A DNA stretch of 63,127 bases from assembly GCA_012862495.1 (NCBI GenBank), contig BLSG01000077.1:39411-102537 (forward strand), in the 5' to 3' direction. The number at the start of each line of letters is the position of its first letter. The first letter of the stretch is position 1. The notes under the pieces are model-generated. The model saw nothing but the letters and a program-made list of their open reading frames with translations. It was not told the origin of the DNA and searched no databases. Below are positions 58,370 to 63,127 of the stretch, piece by piece. A program made the position numbers and the translations under genes. This DNA is from Thraustochytrium aureum. Taxonomy: Eukaryota.

Positions 58370-59584
58370 ATGGAGGAAGCGGACGACGATGAGGTTCGCC
58401 GCTGGCTGGAAGAGAATGGGGCCATGCTCTGCGCGCTAGGGCCCGGAGACTACGCTGGCGACGCCGGGCTGGACGCCGACCAGGGCGCTGCGCGGCGCGG
58501 CGCGGGCCCGGAGCATGCCAGACTGATGCTTGGCGGCGCGGCCGGCGGGGGCGGCGGCGCGACAGGAGCGGCGCAGGAGGAACGCTGGGGCGGGACGAAC
58601 GCCGGGCAACTGGACCACGCGGGGCAGCTGAAAAACTATGCCGCGGTCGAAGAGCGACAGCAGACGCAGTTGCGAGAGCCGACCGCGCGGAGGAGAGCGG
58701 CCGCGCCATCCTGGCGGGACGGCCGAGCGGAAACGTGGAAAAGGCCGCGGCAAGGGGCTCCAGGCCAAGTACGACTGGCCAAGGTGCGCCGCCCAAGCTC
58801 GAAAACGCAGAGGAGCACCCCGTTGCGAGCCGCGTGCCGAGCTCGAGCGCGAAAACGCCGAGCTGGTCAACAAGCTGCGCGTCGAGGTCAAGCCGCTGGT
58901 CGGCGAATTCGCGGAACGCGTCGCATTTGCAACCCAGCGGCTGATGGTCTGCAGCGAAAAGGACGCCGCCGCCAACGTCTCGGCGTTTCTGGCGGCGTAT
59001 GGGACGAGCGACGAGCGCTGGGCCACGCTGCAAACCGACGCTGCGCGCCTCGCAGAGGAAATCAAGCCCTCGATGGTCCTCAAAATGCTGCTCTGGGCCC
59101 TCCTGCAAGAGGACAAGTTTTACCAGATTGGCGGACAAGAAGAAAGCGGCAGCGGAGCCGCGGGCGGCCCAGAAGGGTCGGGGGCCGCGTCGGGGGGCGA
59201 GCGTTCTGGCGCATGATTTGCGATTTGTTGCAGGTCGACAGCGAGCAAGAGCGCAGGCTCATTTCGCTCCGGCCGACCGCGCGTCGCCTCGCGACGGAAC
59301 TTGGCGCGGCGGCGACGGGGCTCGAGGAGCTCGCTGCGCTTGCTGGCGCCCCCGCAGCCGAGACGGACCGCGAGCGGAACGCCTGCATTGGCTTGCTGAG
59401 TGCGCAGCAGCAAGCGCACTTTCTCGCGCACCTCGAAACGAGCGCCAAGATTTGCGAAGCTCGCAACAGCTCGCTGCGCCCCATCGCTGGTATCCCGCTT
59501 ACCAGCGCGGTGCCTCGCGTCCCCGAGCGCTTTTTCTCCCGCGACGAGCCTTGGCCAACGGAGCGAGCGGCGCGCCTTCCGTAG
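58370..59584 (+). CDS. Hypothetical protein: short leucine-zipper-like segment plus helical C-terminal domain resembling stramenopile bZIP-associated domains; multiple frameshifts
   Basis: AELERENAELVNKL, MLLWALLQEDKFY, FWRMICDLLQVDSEQ and LLSAQQQAHFL lie in alternating frames. No clean basic region could be reconstructed. Confidence 0.45.
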   Translation: MEEADDDEVRRWLEENGAMLCALGPGDYAGDAGLDADQGAARRGAGPEHARLMLGGAAGGGGGATGAAQEERWGGTNAGQLDHAGQLKNYAAVEERQQTQLREPTARRRAAAPSWRDGRAETWKRPRQGAPGQVRLAKVRRPSSKTQRSTPLRAACRARARKRRAGQQAARRGQAAGRRIRGTRRICNPAADGLQRKGRRRQRLGVSGGVWDERRALGHAANRRCAPRRGNQALDGPQNAALGPPARGQVLPDWRTRRKRQRSRGRPRRVGGRVGGRAFWRMICDLLQVDSEQERRLISLRPTARRLATELGAAATGLEELAALAGAPAAETDRERNACIGLLSAQQQAHFLAHLETSAKICEARNSSLRPIAGIPLTSAVPRVPERFFSRDEPWPTERAARLP

Positions 59585-60147
59585 CGGCTCGTAACAGCGG
59601 ACATGGGTGTTCGATGAGCCGTAGGGACCAAATTATCATGTCAGTTCACAGTTGCTGTTCCGAGTCCCTGTCGGGCGCCTCTACTGCTCTTTTCCAAGAA
59701 ATCATGTCTCAATCAAATGTGGTGGGATGGCCGGCCTGGCAGGGGCGCTGCTGCGAAAGGGCGAGCAGGTGAGGCCCGGCGATTGCAGAGAATTTGAAAG
59801 AGTTCGGCTTTCCCTCTGCCTGCTCGACTTGCCGCTTCGAGGGAGATTGAGCGAGATCGAGGGAAACCCAGGGCGCAGGGCTTGGCGCGTTGCAACGCTG
59901 CCTCGGGCGCCCCTGGATATAGCTTAGATGGACGCTACACGGGGACTCCTTGCTCCCCCCGCCCGGCGGCAAGCCAGCCGGGGGGAGACGGCGGCAAGGT
60001 GCCGTCAAGCCACACCCGAATCGCGCCATGATGCGCCCGCCATTCGCTTGCACCGCGTGCAACGCACGAAACGGCCCATGCGCAACAAAAGCCGATCGCA
60101 AATCAACGCTGCTTGCAAAGCGCAGCGCGCCTCGGGGGCGCCCTCCC

Positions 60148-61227
60148 TCACTTTCGAGCAGGCTGGAACTCGAACCAGTCCAGCTTGGCGAGCCCTGTCT
60201 GCTCCTCCCGCTCTTCGATGACGCCGACAAGGCGAGGCGCCGACTTGCGCACGTTGCGGTTTGGCGAGTGCAGCGCAAGAATGAGCAGCGAGTGCTCGGC
60301 TCGCGCGCCGGGCTTGGTACTGCCTTGACGGCGCAGCGACACTTTGGCTAGCATGGCGTGCCCGCCGTCGTTGTAAAACAGCGGCTTCGGGTCGTGCACC
60401 CAAGGCCCATATACGCTCCCGCTCGTCGATCGGGCAATGCCCACGCAATACTGGTCGTTTAGCCCGATCGACGACCAGAGCATGATGAGCTCCCCGGAGC
60501 TCGAGCAGCGATGCAGAAAAGGTCCGTCCGTGATGAAGTTGGACGCATGGGAAGACGTCGACGAGTTGAAGTGCTTTGACCAAGGCGCCTGCGATGCGGA
60601 GAATAGAGTGAAGGGTGTCCCTTTGGTGCTGCACAGGTCTGGGGCGAGCTCGACCGCGCACATCTGGCCGTCGCCAACTTGTGTCCACTCGCGGCAAAAC
60701 ACCATGTACGGCTTGTCGCTCTCCACATGCAGTGTTCCGTCGAGGCAAGCCCAGCTGCTCGGAGTGATCGGCTCGCCAGTAAGGGGAACAAAGGGTCCCT
60801 CCGGGTGGCCGCTCGGGGACTCGAGGATGATCACGCCTCGCTCGTTGTCCTTGCCGCTTCGCTTCATCGTGGCAAACATGAACAGCCGGCCGCCCATCAG
60901 CCAAACCTCGCAGGCCCAATACTGGCAGTTGAACTTGTCGTAGAACGCGGGGCTCGGTCGGAACGCTTCAAAGGGCCCCTCCCAGTCGTCAAGGTCGTCG
61001 CTGCAGTAGCAGTTGAACCCGGTTGCGGGGTACTCGCTGTACGGCCCCACGTCGGCGGGCGGCGCGTCTGTCGTGCCGTACAGCCAGAACCGTTTGCCGG
61101 CCGTCGCGGCGCTCCTCCCGCCCCCACGCGGCGGCGGCAGGCCTGTGCTCCCGAGCAGCGAGTCCTTGACGTCCGTGGTGGAGACCAGAAACGGGTCCCG
61201 CATCCACATTTCGCTCAGCTTGACCAT
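60148..61227 (-). CDS. Glycoside hydrolase family 43 (beta-xylosidase/arabinofuranosidase-like)
   Basis: MRDPFL (general base Asp), WLYGTT, WEGP, YWACEV, CLDGTL, VFCREW, ITDGPFL, MLWSS and DGGHAM. Intact and intronless, with no signal peptide. Confidence 0.88.
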   Translation of the reverse strand: MVKLSEMWMRDPFLVSTTDVKDSLLGSTGLPPPRGGGRSAATAGKRFWLYGTTDAPPADVGPYSEYPATGFNCYCSDDLDDWEGPFEAFRPSPAFYDKFNCQYWACEVWLMGGRLFMFATMKRSGKDNERGVIILESPSGHPEGPFVPLTGEPITPSSWACLDGTLHVESDKPYMVFCREWTQVGDGQMCAVELAPDLCSTKGTPFTLFSASQAPWSKHFNSSTSSHASNFITDGPFLHRCSSSGELIMLWSSIGLNDQYCVGIARSTSGSVYGPWVHDPKPLFYNDGGHAMLAKVSLRRQGSTKPGARAEHSLLILALHSPNRNVRKSAPRLVGVIEEREEQTGLAKLDWFEFQPARK

Positions 61228-62160
61228 CCTCGCAGCCGCCGCGGCCCCGGGGGAGGGGGGTGGGTTGCAGCCTTGGCGGTACCGCGCGTGCGAGATGCTG
61301 CGCCGCTGCCCCTTCTGCGGCGCTTGCGGCTTGGCCGCGGCACCCGAGCGCCACTGCCTCTCGCGCGCACGTTACCGAGCNNNNNNNNNNNNNNNNNNNN
61401 NNNNNNNNNNNNNNNNNNNNNNNNNNNNNNNNNNNNNNNNNNNNNNNNNNNNNNNNNNNNNNNNNNNNNNNNNNNNNNNNNNNNNNNNNNNNNNNNNNNN
61501 NNNNNNNNNNNNNNNNNNNNNNNNNNNNNNNNNNNNNNNNNNNNNNNNNNNNNNNNNNNNNNNNNNNNNNNNNNNNNNNNNNNNNNNNNNNNNNNNNNNN
61601 NNNNNNNNNNNNNNNNNNNNNNNNNNNNNNNNNNNNNNNNNNNNNNNNNNNNNNNNNNNNNNNNNNNNNNNNNNNNNNNNNNNNNNNNNNNNNNNNNNNN
61701 NNNNNNNNNNNNNNNNNNNNNNNNNNNNNNNNNNNNNNNNNNNNNNNNNNNNNNNNNNNNNNNNNNNNNNNNNNNNNNNNNNNNNNNNNNNNNNNNNNNN
61801 NNNNNNNNNNNNNNNNNNNNNNNNNNNNNNNNNNNNNNNNNNNNNNNNNNNNNNNNNNNNNNNNNNNNNNNNNNNNNNNNNNNNNNNNNNNNNNNNNNNN
61901 NNNNNNNNNNNNNNNNNNNNNNNNNNNNNNNNNNNNNNNNNNNNNNNNNNNNNNNNNNNNNNNNNNNNNNNNNNNNNNNNNNNNNNNNNNNNNNNNNNNN
62001 NNNNNNNNNNNNNNNNNNNNNNNNNNNNNNNNNNNNNNNNNNNNNNNNNNNNNNNNNNNNNNNNNNNNNNNNNNNNNNNNNNNNNNNNNNNNNNNNNNNN
62101 NNNNNNNNNNNNNNNNNNNNNNNNNNNNNNNNNNNNNNNNNNNNNNNNNNNNNNNNNNNN

Positions 62161-63127
62161 TCGCGGCCGTCGACAAATCCCTTCTCAAGGTCAGCGCGGT
62201 CACGCGCACGAGCATCGCTCCGTTGCGCGGCGGCCGCCTCGGAAGACCCTGCAATAGAAGACTCGGCTGCCGCAGGGCAGGCGCTGCGCTGCGCCGCCGA
62301 GGCTTGCGGAAAGGGCACGAGGGCCGTGCGGCTGCTAGCAGAACTGTGCCAAGGCGAAACAAAGTCCGTAACGACGATGCTCCGCTTGCAGAGCGGGCAC
62401 GAGTCGCACTTGATGAGCCACTCGGTCGCGCACTCGCGGTGGAAGACGTGCTTGCACGGGAGGATGATGACGTTTTCCTGCTCCGCAAAGTCCACGAGGC
62501 AAATCGGGCAGGACTCCTCGCTCGATCCCGACTCGCGAAAGGTTACCTCTGGCAAGAGCTCGATCTTGGAAATGGACGCGCCGCGCGAGCGCGCAGTCGA
62601 GCTTATCACGCCCTGCATCGAAGCCCACAAGTACATCTCGTCGCTGCCTGCGCCGCGCCTTCGGCGCAAGAACTGGAGCAAGAACAGGAAAAGGGTCAAC
62701 ACCAAGAGGCCGAAGAAGAAGTAGAGCGAGCTGATGAGCCGCTCCAACCCGATCTGCAGCTGCTCGTCCGCGGGCTTGAACGAGCCGCTGAGAAACTCGG
62801 TCAAGTTGAGCTGCCACGCGTCCTGGAAGGTCTTCTCTGACGAACAGTAGAGCTCTGAGCTACCTCCGAAAATAATGACCGTGTCACGGCGTCGGACCTG
62901 TGCAAAGTACGTCCGGCATGACGGCCCGAGCTTCATGACATCATTGGCGTCCGTGCGCTCGCACCACGGCCCCGAGGAGACGTGCGACGAATCTGGCGTG
63001 CTTGGGCAGCGCTTTCGCGGGCTACTCGCGAGCGGGGAGGTCACGAGCGCCCTCTGGAACGCGATGATCGAGCTCGGGCTGTTGCGCGATTCCGTCTGGT
63101 AAAAGTGCCTGGCGCCGCCGAAGAGCA
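62161..63127 (-). CDS. Transmembrane RING-H2 E3 ligase with kelch-like luminal region; partial at both ends
   Basis: VIIFGG...QDAWQLNL kelch-like segment, TM LYFFFGLLVLTLFLFLL, and RING-H2 CPICLVDF...LPCKHVFHRECATEWL...CPLC. Confidence 0.85.

Noticed and set aside
1..63127. Pervasive frameshifts (~700, 6505, 7038, 14700, 26600, 34055, 38543, 45120, 47145, 49500, 53043, 56343, 57167 and others) as programmed frameshifting, RNA editing or mass pseudogenisation
   Set aside because: They go in both directions, mostly sit in homopolymer runs, share no slippery motif, and hit otherwise conserved genes that have no in-frame stops. This is the signature of 454/Ion Torrent-type or low-coverage assembly error. 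Read mapping would settle it.

Overview
Gene-dense, GC-rich (roughly 60-65% by eye), intron-poor eukaryotic scaffold with 14 N-gaps. It is most consistent with a heterotrophic stramenopile such as a thraustochytrid/labyrinthulomycete; this is an inference from gene content, intron style and microsatellites, not a proven assignment. About 25 protein-coding loci are recognisable: an acyl-CoA synthetase, two VPS9-domain GEFs, an EGF-7TM protein, a saccharopine-dehydrogenase-like oxidoreductase, an E2 enzyme, a YHYH protein, a GT60 GlcNAc transferase, a C-type lectin/SH3 protein, 6-phosphogluconolactonase, TMEM145/GPR180, cytochrome b5, SWEET, a Myb-like polyQ protein, an MhpD-like hydratase, gelsolin, a large TRP channel, C2CD5, TRAPPC6, GDP-mannose 3,5-epimerase, CENP-W, PIBF1/CEP90, a GH43 hydrolase and a RING-H2 ligase. 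Many genes carry single-base frameshifts, mostly in homopolymer runs, which look like sequencing or assembly errors. The most striking observation is a TRP-family channel (36275-42350) apparently fused at its N-terminus to two tandem Nudix-like domains plus ankyrin repeats, a candidate channel-enzyme distinct from TRPM2. Also notable are a RasGEF+VPS9 dual GEF, a lectin-mucin-SH3 receptor, an unannotated spliced CENP-W, a possibly prenylated cytochrome b5 and a 42-bp repeat array. No rRNA, tRNA, CRISPR array or intact mobile element was recognised.
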